Part shown: one piece after another, positions 20,301-27,024 of the stretch | Numbering within the stretch: the first letter of the stretch is position 1 | Layout: every line of letters begins with the position of its first letter | Source of the DNA: a candidate division WOR-3 bacterium | GTDB lineage: Bacteria > Hydrothermota > UBA3073 > JACQXS01 | Length of the DNA stretch: 51,860 nucleotides | Direction of reading: 5' to 3' | NCBI GenBank assembly: GCA_023129235.1 | Contig: JAGMCN010000046.1 | Location: forward strand, 1 to 51,860 | Made by a program: the position numbers and the translations under genes | The notes under the pieces: generated by a model | Databases searched by the model: none | Told to the model about the DNA's origin: nothing | The model's input: the letters and a program-made list of their open reading frames with translations, nothing else

Positions 20301-22736
20301 GATAGAAATCCAAAGAAGAAATTATATTATCCTTTTATCCGCCACTGGGTAAGTTTAATTCAAATAGATAAAGAAAATTGGGAGAAAAAAGGAATAAGAA
20401 CTAGAGAGGCAAAAGATTATTTCTGGTCTTCCGCTAAGAAAACACAGAGACAGGCTTATGCTAAAGATAAACTAATTGCTTCTGATAAAACTATTTTAGA
20501 TTATCTTAAGGTTTGGGATGAGATATTTATTAAAACAGAGGATAATGTTGAAGATTATTTTAAATTATTTTATGATCAACCGGATTGGTTTAGAAAACAT
20601 TTCTTTTTCTCTAATCCTGAGAAGAAGATTTATTATAGACCAGTTAGTGAATGGCTGAAACGAATTGCGAGCGATAAGATAGCTCAAAAGAAAACTGGAA
20701 TAAATCCAGGTAAGGCCAAAGAATATTATCTCAAGCATATTAAAGGAGTAAAAAAGGTGAGAGAAGCTTGGGATAAAGAAAATCCAGGAATTATAAATTA
20801 TCTTGATACCTGGGGCAAAATTATTAAAAGTACAGAAGAAAACCCGGAGGTTTATTTCAAAGAATTTTATAAACAAAGCAAAGATTTTCAGAATCGATTC
20901 TTCAAGAATAATCCTAATAAAGAATTATATTATCCTAAGGTAAGAGAATGGATTGAAGCAATTAGAATAGATAAGAAGAATTGGGAGGAAAAAGAAAAAA
21001 GAACCCATATCGCTCAAGATTTCTTTAATTCTTTTAAGAATACGAAAGAAGGTAGAGCTTATGGAAGAGATAATCCTATTACTGAAACTAAAAATATTAT
21101 TGATTATATCGAACTTTGGCAGGAAGTAATAAAAGAGACCGAAGAAAATCCAAGAGCATTCTTTGAAGTATTTGATAAACAACCAGACTGGTTTAAAAAT
21201 CATTATTATTTTAATCATCCTTTAAAAAAGATTTATTATTCTTTTGCTAGAGAGTTAGCCAAACTTGATAGTGAAGCTTGGGCTAAGGAATTTTGGAAGC
21301 CAAAGTATGAAATAGAACGTAAGGCTTGGGATGAAGATAAACCTGGCTTCTTAGATTATATGAGATTCTGGAAGAAGCTCTCGAGCTTAGCTGAAACTGG
21401 ATCTTGGGAGCTTTACTTTAATTATTATTATTCTTCTGAAAATAGAAAGAATCGGGAACGACATGAGCGTAATCATCCTGGGGTGGATAAGAAATTTAAA
21501 TTATATCGAGAATATCAGGAAATGCCATCAATAACTTGGGAAGACAGAAGAGCTAGAAGAGAATTTTTAAAAGCGCATCCGCTCTTGATAGAATGGTGGG
21601 CTGAGGATATTTCAGTAGATGAAGCTAAGACTCGAGAATTCGTAGAGAAATATTTTAGCTTTCAAGATAATATTCCAGTCACAGGCAAGGGGCGAGAGTA
21701 TTTCATAGAGGTTAGAAAATGGCAAGCAGCTGCTGATAAATTTCTTCAAGATCATCCAGAGGTACTTCTATTTTTGACAAGACGACCTAAACAATATATA
21801 GGAGAGAAGGCAGAATTACTGGCTCTTGCTGAAGAATATCGCTCTCTTGGAACTCAGATTGAGAAGAACACGTTTCTTGAAAATCATCCGGAGCTTAAAG
21901 AATATTTTCTAAATCAGAATCCACCTGGGATTAGAGATATTATTAAAATTCAGCAGGAATATTTTAGGAAGACGGATGAAGATAAACAAGCTTTTCTTGA
22001 AAGACATCCAGAACTTTTAGAGTACTGGGAAGCTAAGATTCTTCCTTGGTCATATTTCTTTGAACCAGGTATATTTAGGATATGGCAAGAGACTGTAAAT
22101 AAGATTGATCGTTGTTATGATAAATATCTGGTAGGAGATTGGACTATAGCTGAAACTATGAGAGAAGCACTTCCAGATCGTTATGAAAATCCAGGAGATA
22201 CTCCTGAAGCTGATTGGTTCAGGACAGTCATTTATCGAATGGCAATGAAAACCTGGATAGGACTTTTAGAGAAACATGAGTTTAAATCTATCTACTTTTT
22301 CAGACAGCTTCCTCGTTGGTTACGAGATATGTATTATAAGAAACATCCTGAGAAAAAAGATTTATCATATGAATCATTATCTCGATTCCTAGAAGAGCCC
22401 TTGAGGATTTGGGAATCAACAGATCCTAAGCTTGTGTGGGCTTTTAAGATGAGAACAAAATATGGGAAGGATATGCCTTTCGATGTTTATAGGAAAGTAA
22501 GAAAGATTTTAGTAGGACGTGGAGTCTGGGAAGATAGATCGAAATGGACTAGAGAACAATGGAATAATTATTGGATCAGAGAAACTATGAAAAGAAATGC
22601 TTTACGAGATCGAGATCTTCAGAATATTCCTTTACTCAAGAAATCTTTAGATGAGGTTAAGAGAATTTTTCCTATTCGATTACCAAAACCTTCTTTTGGT
22701 AAACCTAGAGTAGGTAGAATTGAACCTCTATTTTAA
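8355..22736 (+). CDS. giant virion-associated protein candidate (4793 aa) with N-terminal LysM domain and C-terminal tandem repeats
   Basis: Uninterrupted 14,382-nt frame. LysM signature IIIPSGATASALAKKYGTDLDTIKRLNPQIKDIDKIYAGDKMKLP lies at about 8376..8510. No catalytic motif recognised by eye. Sits between the capsid and tail genes, where podoviruses encode internal/ejected proteins. Confidence 0.85.
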   Translation: MAEEFFEIIIPSGATASALAKKYGTDLDTIKRLNPQIKDIDKIYAGDKMKLPKFEVPKIPEVPKLPKNYSLDLETYLKKLYSGGYTFAPFARERMGEDLQKLYPSMDVWKDVYTRAPDGWEKEAYWKLVIPTPKLPKIIKTSTWKEVDFSVTRDIAKPVYKQAKKVALDIITKVKETPVVSDIIKKTKDITRAYVMKPITTKFPKQTERLGQLPDFVEKAISTPEPGPLTPIIKKISREYLGPAIDNYTRQIKKDWERDRPLREEFIKDWLKLVKKIPWIGRKITKSSQEKELQDLMVKKGIRALEEKKEPEDLPLDESVISGYIGKLRDDLLEFVTKAKDSGHILRVDESGYVYQDEEATNIARKRIFGEVSDLLEEHFPASDPVYNEAIYKAQEAGEARQTLVNLLTVNFNTLYYSLTTPDAQKTESLRELSKSLNKILEVSSALEGIDPTLESLNKELEKHNRSVANIEKYYDENISKWWDELENILGAKAASYLQKSKELINEEIDNLNKIIADLPETKVNRVFELLGFIDHSQTFWNIQNNLNVLLEDPKIADTLRKLFLGDKKVFSKELKALNTLVRNQDWYKENEKYLKEGFIGKVLDSRSVEDFEKLRKELETNPAISDPQLKAGLRIVEIFENDFKISDELFKLLQRQAKATKLFMDISRESALEKEKAWAGQVNTYLETKGYKVILGAFIPGGLTWRDSITGLKFAWESVKDKTIHVKFPYNFTKEYYNLWDGTKVEFWDWKEKSYEVSPSKAISKAWNSVEYMWDTFIFRGTVPAINSAMALLYQGYAHWGLLDEEVLKDWRLVQEEGGIKNMKDYKSWKLTAYADPALNVPDGSYLREEGSIQNIGKYLVEAWNYYRSPKAYDEFVPLKDTKIEWIDGKIKIGPWTYDTLNSPQELWAYNPHLKDVYIIPAGTRVSIPRFRNTARFTDLFTDDFRYQLYKEHPGFWYFFDEFLPFMMPDPSTIAIMAGKTIGLGMARTFKFDPNLGMKPLSQVKTLFFSTNLAYRSQRLDSFGREFIRLATFKGVDWKVFPKLLHYKPKINEWRGALADLTVLKSAPRVIQEMTYVWHTNFKRLMDQAFLTYQWEAILKGIAKEKKMPLKELNKLIQMAFFDPEKMQAPVVREVFQAMSLRIFDLQKWMGQRPFLDDALKALYQKVKSTDYLIRQQAFNLSYQKLGVWGKDFFDDVTVDYLLPLKQRRIKNVETYTYQFLRNVTPDSQIQAKTQIELAKKLLKSWDEDTKYAFRVAESAKIVVPLPSGTVLKIAPIEQRRNMRNAFEWIVENKKPTLVINPDKVTQREFEALWKLVGDTVDLRLTNFNKIPIANVYNVFPQTRYFKGSITEYFRVTRSIKTKKIISTVGIGSIDDVAKKIKQAKVGRTPAEAQELFGYYLQNWTPYVEKGVRKEFKYISSTKVGKTIKEKIALRTQMPRSRNVKDVIDHSAWTFLKREGDEYRDLVRYLQNISVPPKKIKTKIGITYEIKDIRDRISGDLTKALDRQFTKKTVTIYSDRKREISKRVLDIFEREAAVQDFFKQTIEGKSFLKRWKDFIPSITDDLLERNTTALKSVRTRIKRGKAAGKSELFIKELQKTEANIQDKIWTHKIQRYLLDNFRDKSTLDPTSYSLLLKDTLGKTETTKVLESMDEFVSFTRNQFNRTISDYWRAAGKKEKFITEVEKLDGIETFIKKIQKQYRLEPRKTSINTIVGKLDKYWPKVRIKDQIIRERVIPSARTLAIEKNKLALQKIGRGSKGDAAKVIDDFAKFEIKGDRGMFATTIGYKFSQQDRVNLLALAKDSSKRDTSIILYVFNETPVDKQIIKWIRSRPEMKSVRLIVYDPKTAFIKNIKEKTVPLQTMIDELLGTRDGKAVYDLANPIVRRKERVFTDQEFFDILSKLPTQISPTLKIPKGLSRKLPDGLYVYPDDWENFRILIAQKLLKKNPKLIENTLGLTPDKLMKQVYADFKEIPWADYVKMWQKWELDPKKLTQALGRTEADRFLEFLYHNSRSVLDQLKAQGLAVSFVKGEMKVKRIQSFKWGLSYTQEQAVRLVGPGGFVMGSPTSRIRDLLVKKTSPITKSIDDSLRSFGNFLRMDTFNNFDDWAKYIDDLERFLEKPKARVTILKNQLDILDDEIKLLTREKKSPQDLMELVRKKSELMGSVQKSLRAEGRNYQRWLIKMNKMDDALELERKLNGLRAIVIGPDGNPITGVAKEYYTAYLSTRSKFAKEGYAKLIKKNRKYTTRWNNLRLNDELIKAASQESKRVPFISKQLSEKAKIRNMFEAELGVLEKKITGAERKMDDLLKIVGNKIFKPTSAQINFKGILKANLVPDDILGEVNRRMISVKKSLKSIEGQIAKTIKLKESTFSLQKVKVTLAKEIDDLGSLKKLLPDLKKYELAKVKILPRELWDLVHGHPSATFLKKKTQMEKALLRKFSSVTGVKVPLSKENESILRAFKNVQATVKKRAFLDTASRGKLYDDFLSKTADPGYIKPGAKAVRVPYSRLDITKKIDDLQEARIQTIIVTQRVNNLGPYVAGRPIRVLHIPELSTSQVPQLAELGGFMTDIEYKGFQKVWKAMLQDKSLIFWDSDFTRATEVANKLKQILKVESPLRYHSMQVGSDLFFSVIKKREIAKGKPWRFARGRKEYLKVWGDPKGQAIITTKALEPKKIMHHVYKRHDIEKGYLDLVARLDKSSLTPAKLYIPGSIANPKKYILGHIQERIPTFVLAPEVKTIRISYLRNVAKAHKEQYAQLIFPKNPTSGERIIMEYLKSKGVTYSQAKVALKRELFLNPSLIYGKNVNWNYSISKEFPTWLFPYGTKFDPKRQAAFDAAFISKRIFKSKARLHQELKSTFLRDVNDWLSDGRIYIPKFLQDERYALRADPRDLLARLSLTYNRETAKKSWFKLKKIQLDTAEEMEIRRLVEAGGRKILSDAEKLWIVKKENLIKSMLSKWNRKKPNIAQQEWVAKTRKMINDLVLSKKKYLTKNQLLVLEKNRRRWEDTLALVDVVFKWDRTPGFWEKIAQRQAEKLGLKYARAQNLYLLADFPLTGFEKIVNSTAYIKTLRATAHMLPQFWRAGLTVHGYMKSIWIKMILYWRIAWYLRNTYDDAIRGAMASHSVEYFFECQSAFGAASASFLRKFAKDIIDFPKFIFKPVKGEVKELANTIGGKIGKTVSRYWDDALSKARKTPYLPWDPKTANKIRKKGFWQSLEKKFWDKHLAPIMAWDEALEYGSYTPKGEWITKHTIDWICEAGMYQVTSDPVQLRKLISILDETTMWRRLKKRAFVLNADIEVFANFTENVRRQFLAHELLFKKAMSVTETKAKVWNYMFNYRDLSIVGKNFRYLFPFWAFNTKSFTLWTKTIAKGGPRYWLAARAFMDSWTEVTQSLPEWARGRIPIGNDVYWYPWISLAQVLEFWKDPWKQIKQFAENPHQVPLGLGWNPFWTNVINYQTEKRFFDISIDIKKQTGWTSEEIERFISDQKLKRDISGEPFWMEALFTYVPFARAMKSLFEVDMYSLTDGTSILKSRKLRELMKQFGLNILKWEDIDIMQKIYFDMPPRLRSLMEKEISKEDPAAWQAQKNYWGKTLWIKASRIAKKDPALGTYYLQLWGWNQIYWDMREKQGSAAAQRWLERHPDIRKELETMWSENKETIPWHMWQQREYNMGQLETLNRAMADRIYKKEIFDRAEILGLEIPFGIPGDKDEFLTLTLDAQGNPRFVNPEEWTTIVSREWVDKLINKTQMSWQEYIKDVARIRYHEWLMEEGREKLPENKAFDRKMKEWQLILPHNIDELPDKEADKYFTTYWKFFEHYFSDAQKSMYFTMLKGRHGEWFVEYRKKLKDYYDRWSVLIDKFREKDFNFFEEFYKEPEWFQKLYFLRYPTKEKWYPFARDWTKLLHSIEIEEKKTYGFQHEKRKEASDYFWDHEDIVKNYWDKDEPGFYQYMKDWQKITLISESNPEKYFELFFNQSPEFQKRFFDRNPKKKLYYPFIRHWVSLIQIDKENWEKKGIRTREAKDYFWSSAKKTQRQAYAKDKLIASDKTILDYLKVWDEIFIKTEDNVEDYFKLFYDQPDWFRKHFFFSNPEKKIYYRPVSEWLKRIASDKIAQKKTGINPGKAKEYYLKHIKGVKKVREAWDKENPGIINYLDTWGKIIKSTEENPEVYFKEFYKQSKDFQNRFFKNNPNKELYYPKVREWIEAIRIDKKNWEEKEKRTHIAQDFFNSFKNTKEGRAYGRDNPITETKNIIDYIELWQEVIKETEENPRAFFEVFDKQPDWFKNHYYFNHPLKKIYYSFARELAKLDSEAWAKEFWKPKYEIERKAWDEDKPGFLDYMRFWKKLSSLAETGSWELYFNYYYSSENRKNRERHERNHPGVDKKFKLYREYQEMPSITWEDRRARREFLKAHPLLIEWWAEDISVDEAKTREFVEKYFSFQDNIPVTGKGREYFIEVRKWQAAADKFLQDHPEVLLFLTRRPKQYIGEKAELLALAEEYRSLGTQIEKNTFLENHPELKEYFLNQNPPGIRDIIKIQQEYFRKTDEDKQAFLERHPELLEYWEAKILPWSYFFEPGIFRIWQETVNKIDRCYDKYLVGDWTIAETMREALPDRYENPGDTPEADWFRTVIYRMAMKTWIGLLEKHEFKSIYFFRQLPRWLRDMYYKKHPEKKDLSYESLSRFLEEPLRIWESTDPKLVWAFKMRTKYGKDMPFDVYRKVRKILVGRGVWEDRSKWTREQWNNYWIRETMKRNALRDRDLQNIPLLKKSLDEVKRIFPIRLPKPSFGKPRVGRIEPLF
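19750..22030 (+). repeat. in-frame tandem protein repeats inside the giant ORF
   Basis: At least 6 units of about 100 aa (period about 255-305 nt). Anchor pattern is NPExYFxxFYxQPxWFxxxFFxxNPxKKxYYP, with anchors near 19932, 20229, 20536, 20832, 21137 and 21391. Four shorter FLxxHPELxxYW-type units follow near 21552, 21735, 21870 and 21988. Confidence 0.75.
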
Positions 22737-22744
22737 AAAGGTCG
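22737..22744 (+). promoter_or_regulatory. AAAGGTCG motif, copy 4
   Basis: Starts immediately after the giant-ORF stop codon. Lies 2 nt before a TTGACT -35 box and 44 nt upstream of the ATG at 22788. Confidence 0.3.
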
Positions 22745-22746
22745 TC

Positions 22747-22776
22747 TTGACTAATATTTATATCTACTGTTAAAAT
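22747..22776 (+). promoter_or_regulatory. sigma70-like promoter with extended -10
   Basis: TTGACT (22747..22752), then TGtTAAAAT (22768..22776) with an 18-nt spacer. Confidence 0.45.
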
Positions 22777-22787
22777 AATATAAAGAC

Positions 22788-23420
22788 ATGAAAGTAGCTA
22801 ATTTTATTAAAGCTTGTTCTAGATCTATCTATGATCGAGATTGTAATGTGATCTCAGCTCAGGAGTGGATAGAGATTCTTAATTTTCAAGCAGGTGAACT
22901 CTATCCTGAGATTACTTATAGAGGAACTATTACAGGTACGATAACTTCTTTAGGAACTTCGTATCAATTAGATTTAAGCGGAAGTGAATATGATAATCTA
23001 GAACAAATTAAAGAGATTTATCTTGTAGATAGTAATGGTTTTAAATATCCCTATACTAACTGGGTCTTTGAGAAAGACATAAAGCTTCTATTTTTTGATC
23101 CAGAGACTGATTCTTCTTCAACAATATCTTTAACATCTTATACTTCGTATATAGTAGTTTGGATGGGTTATATTCCTGAGATAGATGAGACCCAAGATAC
23201 TATTGATTTAGATCTTCCAAAGTTGACTGTCTTTAAAAAGATCTGTATTAGAGAAGCTTTAAAACGAATTCTGTATGATCATGCAAAATTAGATAGGTAT
23301 CGAACTCTTGTTACTCGAATGAATGAATATGCATTGATGGGGATTCTTAGAGATCTAACGGCAGAAATTGAGCTTGGTAAAAGGAAACTCGCGGATTCTC
23401 GTAGAGTAATTTCTTTCTAA
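22788..23420 (+). CDS. hypothetical structural protein (size and position like a tail adaptor / tubular protein A)
   Basis: 210 aa, first gene after the promoter in the tail block. Assigned by position only. Confidence 0.45.
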   Translation: MKVANFIKACSRSIYDRDCNVISAQEWIEILNFQAGELYPEITYRGTITGTITSLGTSYQLDLSGSEYDNLEQIKEIYLVDSNGFKYPYTNWVFEKDIKLLFFDPETDSSSTISLTSYTSYIVVWMGYIPEIDETQDTIDLDLPKLTVFKKICIREALKRILYDHAKLDRYRTLVTRMNEYALMGILRDLTAEIELGKRKLADSRRVISF

Positions 23421-23445
23421 CTTCCTTCTTGGAAGTTAATTTCCT

Positions 23446-24015
23446 ATGTCTCAAAATGAGAATGGTTGGGAGTTTCGAGCAATGCTTCTAGGTATTCTCC
23501 TAATTTTAATAATAGTATTAGTGTTTATAGGAATAGTATGGACTCTAGAAAAAGAAACTCTTCAAGATAGAAGAATCCCTTTTAATGTTCCTACAATTAA
23601 TGATTGTTTTCTCAAGGTTAGGATACCATTACCAGAAGAGAATCCGGATCTAATATTAATAACTTCTAATTCATATAGAGCCGTATACCCTTCAGAGACT
23701 CGTAGCTTTAGAACTTATGGAGCTAGAATAGATATTCTTTTAGAAGAAATAAGTTCTAGAGAAAGCGGAGGGGATCCAAAGATTTGTAATCTAGAATTTG
23801 GGTGTGGATCAGGAGCAGGATTAACTGGAATAATTCCATCTACTCAAAAAGATTGTGAAGAAGCCTTGGGACGAAAATTAGATATATTTAATAAAGAAGA
23901 TAACTTAGCTTGTGCTAAGTGGTTATTAGAAACAAGAGGTATCTGGCCATGGGAACCTTGGTCAGGGTCTTATTATAAAATTTTAACATCATTAGATCTT
24001 TTAGATCTTTATTAA
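23446..24015 (+). CDS. membrane-anchored lytic transglycosylase-like protein (SLT family)
   Basis: N-terminal hydrophobic helix AMLLGILLILIIVLVFIGIVWTL. SLT-like catalytic block EISSRESGGDP...GSGAGLTGIIPST (compare ES..P...GLMQ). Confidence 0.55.
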   Translation: MSQNENGWEFRAMLLGILLILIIVLVFIGIVWTLEKETLQDRRIPFNVPTINDCFLKVRIPLPEENPDLILITSNSYRAVYPSETRSFRTYGARIDILLEEISSRESGGDPKICNLEFGCGSGAGLTGIIPSTQKDCEEALGRKLDIFNKEDNLACAKWLLETRGIWPWEPWSGSYYKILTSLDLLDLY

Positions 24016-24016
24016 T

Positions 24017-26314
24017 ATGGCGACTGTTGAACCTAAAAAATATCATGTATACCTAGATAATAAAGGATACATGATAGATCCAATATCCTATCGTGTTTTT
24101 CCCGCTCCGTTAATGGGAACTAAATTTGCTACGGGAAGAACAGCCTACTCTAATTTAGATTTTTGGCAAGTTGGAGCTATGACAGATTTTACAAAGGGAA
24201 TCAATCAGAAGTTTTTGGTTGATCCTTCTGCTTATTATTTATCTAATGGAATAGATATTTCAAAGGAGGGAGAATTTAAACTTGAAAGGGATTTAGAAAC
24301 TCAAGCATTGCCTGGAGGAACAACAGGTTATATAACTGCTCGTTATAGATCTATAAATACTTTGTGGTTGGGAACTTCAACCGGATTAATTCTGAAAAGT
24401 ACAGATGGTAATTCTTTCACGATTGATCAAAATACAACAGCGGGTCAGATATATAATTTCTATGAGATAAGTTCTAAATTATTTGCTACTAAAGGAGGAA
24501 ATAATAATTGGGTTCGAGCCTCAGATGATAATTGGTATGAGTGTGTTCAGACTTATAATACCGGAACTGCAACATTTATTAATGGATCGGTAATTGTTAC
24601 AGGGGTTGGTACATCTTGGAATAAAGGAATGCAAGGAAGAAGAATTAGATATGATGCAGACGGAACTTGGTATACAATAAGTGTAGTTGTTTCTACTACT
24701 AGTCTGACATTAACTGCAGCTTATGATGATGCAGGCGGTGGACCAGGGATTTATACTATAGGGTCAGAAAGTTTTTTAAATTTGTATTATGTAATGGTTG
24801 AATCTGATTATGCTAACGGAATTTTTAACGATGGAGTAAGACAGAGCTCAGATGGTTTTATCTGGCTCCCAGAACCCCCAGATCCTCTTTGGGAATTGCC
24901 AAGTTCAGAAGGAACTGCTTTAAATGCAATACCTATTCCTCGAGGATTTTTAATTGGTTCTAAACGAGGTTTATGGATTTTTGTTGGAGGAGGATCAGGA
25001 ATTAATATATGGTTATTTCCCGATTATGCTTCAGCTGATAATTTTAAGGGGATGGAAAAGTTTGGAGTTTACGGTGTATTTTCAATTGAGAATCAGGGGA
25101 TTTTCTATACAGATGGTTCAGGAGTATTTCCAACTAATTTAAACTGGAGAGGTGAGGGGGTTAAGATTACAACTTGTAAATCTATTCTGTCTTCAGGTTG
25201 GGAAATGTTAGCTTTAGTAGGAGATGGGACAGATTGGTATCTAGCCAGATGTTCTATGATAAATACAAGAGTCCCAAAGCATTGGTGGTTTGTTAAGACT
25301 TTAACGAAAACTCCAGCATATCTGTCTGCTTATTCTCGAGATAGAGTTTTCATACATTACGCAGATGGAACTTGTGAAAAATATAATAAAATAGATGGTC
25401 CTTATCAATCATCTGGATATTTGCAAACATCGTGGATTGATGAAAATCTAATCCTTCTCCAGAAATTATATAAAAGTTTAACATCGTTATTTGAAACATT
25501 TCCAACTGATACAGATATTACTTTGTATTTTAAGCTTAAAGAAGCAGGAAGCTGGACTTCAAAATCTTTTGTAGGAAAGACCACAGGTGCTAATTCAAAG
25601 GATTTTGATTTAGAAAATCCAACTCTAGGTCAGCGAATAATGATAAAGATTCAACTTGAAACTTCAGATACAACTAAGACTCCGATTGTTACTGACCTCT
25701 GTTGGAAATATATTCTCGAACGGCCTACAGATGATGTAGATAGAAAGAAAACTTGGCATTTTCAAATCTTTGCTGAGGATGAACTAGAGAAATTAGATTT
25801 CGATAAAGAAGAATTGGGTCTTAGTGAACCAAGAACACGACAGGATTTATTAAATAGCATTTGGGCATCAAGAAATAAGAAACAACTCTTAAATTATGTA
25901 GGTGCTGATAATGAAAATAAGAGAGCATTTACAATTCAATATACCGGATCTGGGGCCTCATGTTTATTAGAGATCGATAGAACTAACTATAGAATAACTT
26001 TGAAGGTAGACGGAGTAACAGATCAAATTCTAGATTATGAAGGACAGAAAATAAGAGATATAGTTCTAACAATAAATGGATGGGCAAATTATAAATGTTT
26101 TAAAGACAAAGGTGTTCCTCAAAATCAATTAGCAGATGATTTAGTTCCAACTAAAAATTTAGAGGTTAAAGGAAGAGCTATTATCTATTATGGGACTGAT
26201 GTACATGCAGTATTATTTAACCCGACTTCACCTGGCCAATATAAAATAACTTTTGGAGGAGAAGGAGGCGGTCGGGGTTCTGATCGTCTGAATATCTCAC
26301 TCCGAGAAGCTTAA
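24017..26314 (+). CDS. large tail structural protein (nozzle / tubular protein B-like by size and position)
   Basis: 765 aa, beta-rich composition, within the tail block. No motif recognised. Confidence 0.5.
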   Translation: MATVEPKKYHVYLDNKGYMIDPISYRVFPAPLMGTKFATGRTAYSNLDFWQVGAMTDFTKGINQKFLVDPSAYYLSNGIDISKEGEFKLERDLETQALPGGTTGYITARYRSINTLWLGTSTGLILKSTDGNSFTIDQNTTAGQIYNFYEISSKLFATKGGNNNWVRASDDNWYECVQTYNTGTATFINGSVIVTGVGTSWNKGMQGRRIRYDADGTWYTISVVVSTTSLTLTAAYDDAGGGPGIYTIGSESFLNLYYVMVESDYANGIFNDGVRQSSDGFIWLPEPPDPLWELPSSEGTALNAIPIPRGFLIGSKRGLWIFVGGGSGINIWLFPDYASADNFKGMEKFGVYGVFSIENQGIFYTDGSGVFPTNLNWRGEGVKITTCKSILSSGWEMLALVGDGTDWYLARCSMINTRVPKHWWFVKTLTKTPAYLSAYSRDRVFIHYADGTCEKYNKIDGPYQSSGYLQTSWIDENLILLQKLYKSLTSLFETFPTDTDITLYFKLKEAGSWTSKSFVGKTTGANSKDFDLENPTLGQRIMIKIQLETSDTTKTPIVTDLCWKYILERPTDDVDRKKTWHFQIFAEDELEKLDFDKEELGLSEPRTRQDLLNSIWASRNKKQLLNYVGADNENKRAFTIQYTGSGASCLLEIDRTNYRITLKVDGVTDQILDYEGQKIRDIVLTINGWANYKCFKDKGVPQNQLADDLVPTKNLEVKGRAIIYYGTDVHAVLFNPTSPGQYKITFGGEGGGRGSDRLNISLREA

Positions 26315-27024
26315 TGCCTAAAAGAAGTTTGAACTATAGAAAGCTGCTCGCATTAGAAGATGAGAGAAAATTAGAAGAGCTATCTGCTTTTGAAGATGCT
26401 GAGCTAGCGATGTATGATCCTTCTGGTTTAATTCCAGCAACTGGACCAGAGAAGATAGTTTATAATGCGCTTTTAAAATTAAGAGTTCGATTCCAATTTC
26501 AATATCATTTAGTTGATTTTCCTGAAACTGCTCTTAATGAAAGTATTTATATTCCAGATTTTACCTTGCCAGATTATGATATTGTTATTGAGGTTTATGG
26601 AACCTACTGGCATTCTCAACTTGGTAGACGCTCATCCGATGAGTATAAAATGGCTTTGGCTCTTTATAAAGGTCAAGAAGTAATAGAACATGGAATAGTT
26701 GCAAGGAGACCAGATGGAGGAGCTACAAGAGGTAGATATATAATCTGGTGGGATTATGAGATTTATCAGAATATAGATCATTTATTCACTAGAGATGTAC
26801 CAGAACTTTTTAGTGCTAATAGAATCTCAGGTAGACCAGATCAGTATCTTTTAGATCGAAAAGAAGAAGAAAAGCAATTAAGATCGCAAAGAGCTAGGCT
26901 TATAAAACAAAAATTAGTTCCAAGGGTTCATCCTTATACACGCAAACTTAGACGTCTAAGAAGAAAACAATGGGACTTAACTAAAACTTATCCATTTTTA
27001 AAAGGTTTATATGGCAGATACTAA
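26314..27024 (+). CDS. Vsr/DUF559-like PD-(D/E)xK endonuclease (homing-endonuclease-like)
   Basis: EKIVYNALLKLRVRFQFQYHL....YIPDFTLPDYDIVIEVYGTYWHS matches the Vsr/DUF559 core (PDf....IEvdG.yWH). The start overlaps the upstream stop (TAATG). The 3' end overlaps the next gene by 14 nt. Confidence 0.6.
   Translation: MPKRSLNYRKLLALEDERKLEELSAFEDAELAMYDPSGLIPATGPEKIVYNALLKLRVRFQFQYHLVDFPETALNESIYIPDFTLPDYDIVIEVYGTYWHSQLGRRSSDEYKMALALYKGQEVIEHGIVARRPDGGATRGRYIIWWDYEIYQNIDHLFTRDVPELFSANRISGRPDQYLLDRKEEEKQLRSQRARLIKQKLVPRVHPYTRKLRRLRRKQWDLTKTYPFLKGLYGRY

Noticed and set aside
8778-21218. Six minus-strand ORFs inside the giant ORF (8778..8990, 11647..11865, 12330..12707, 17744..18034, 20565..20876, 20925..21218)
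   Set aside because: They are antisense to a 14.4-kb continuous frame. Their products are Phe/Ile/Leu/Ser-rich, as expected from reading an A-rich Lys/Glu coding strand backwards. Every supported gene in the window is on the + strand.
8355-22736. Giant ORF as an N4-like virion RNA polymerase or other named enzyme
   Set aside because: I could not recognise polymerase, helicase, peptidase or transglycosylase motifs by eye beyond the LysM domain. Naming a function would be unsupported.
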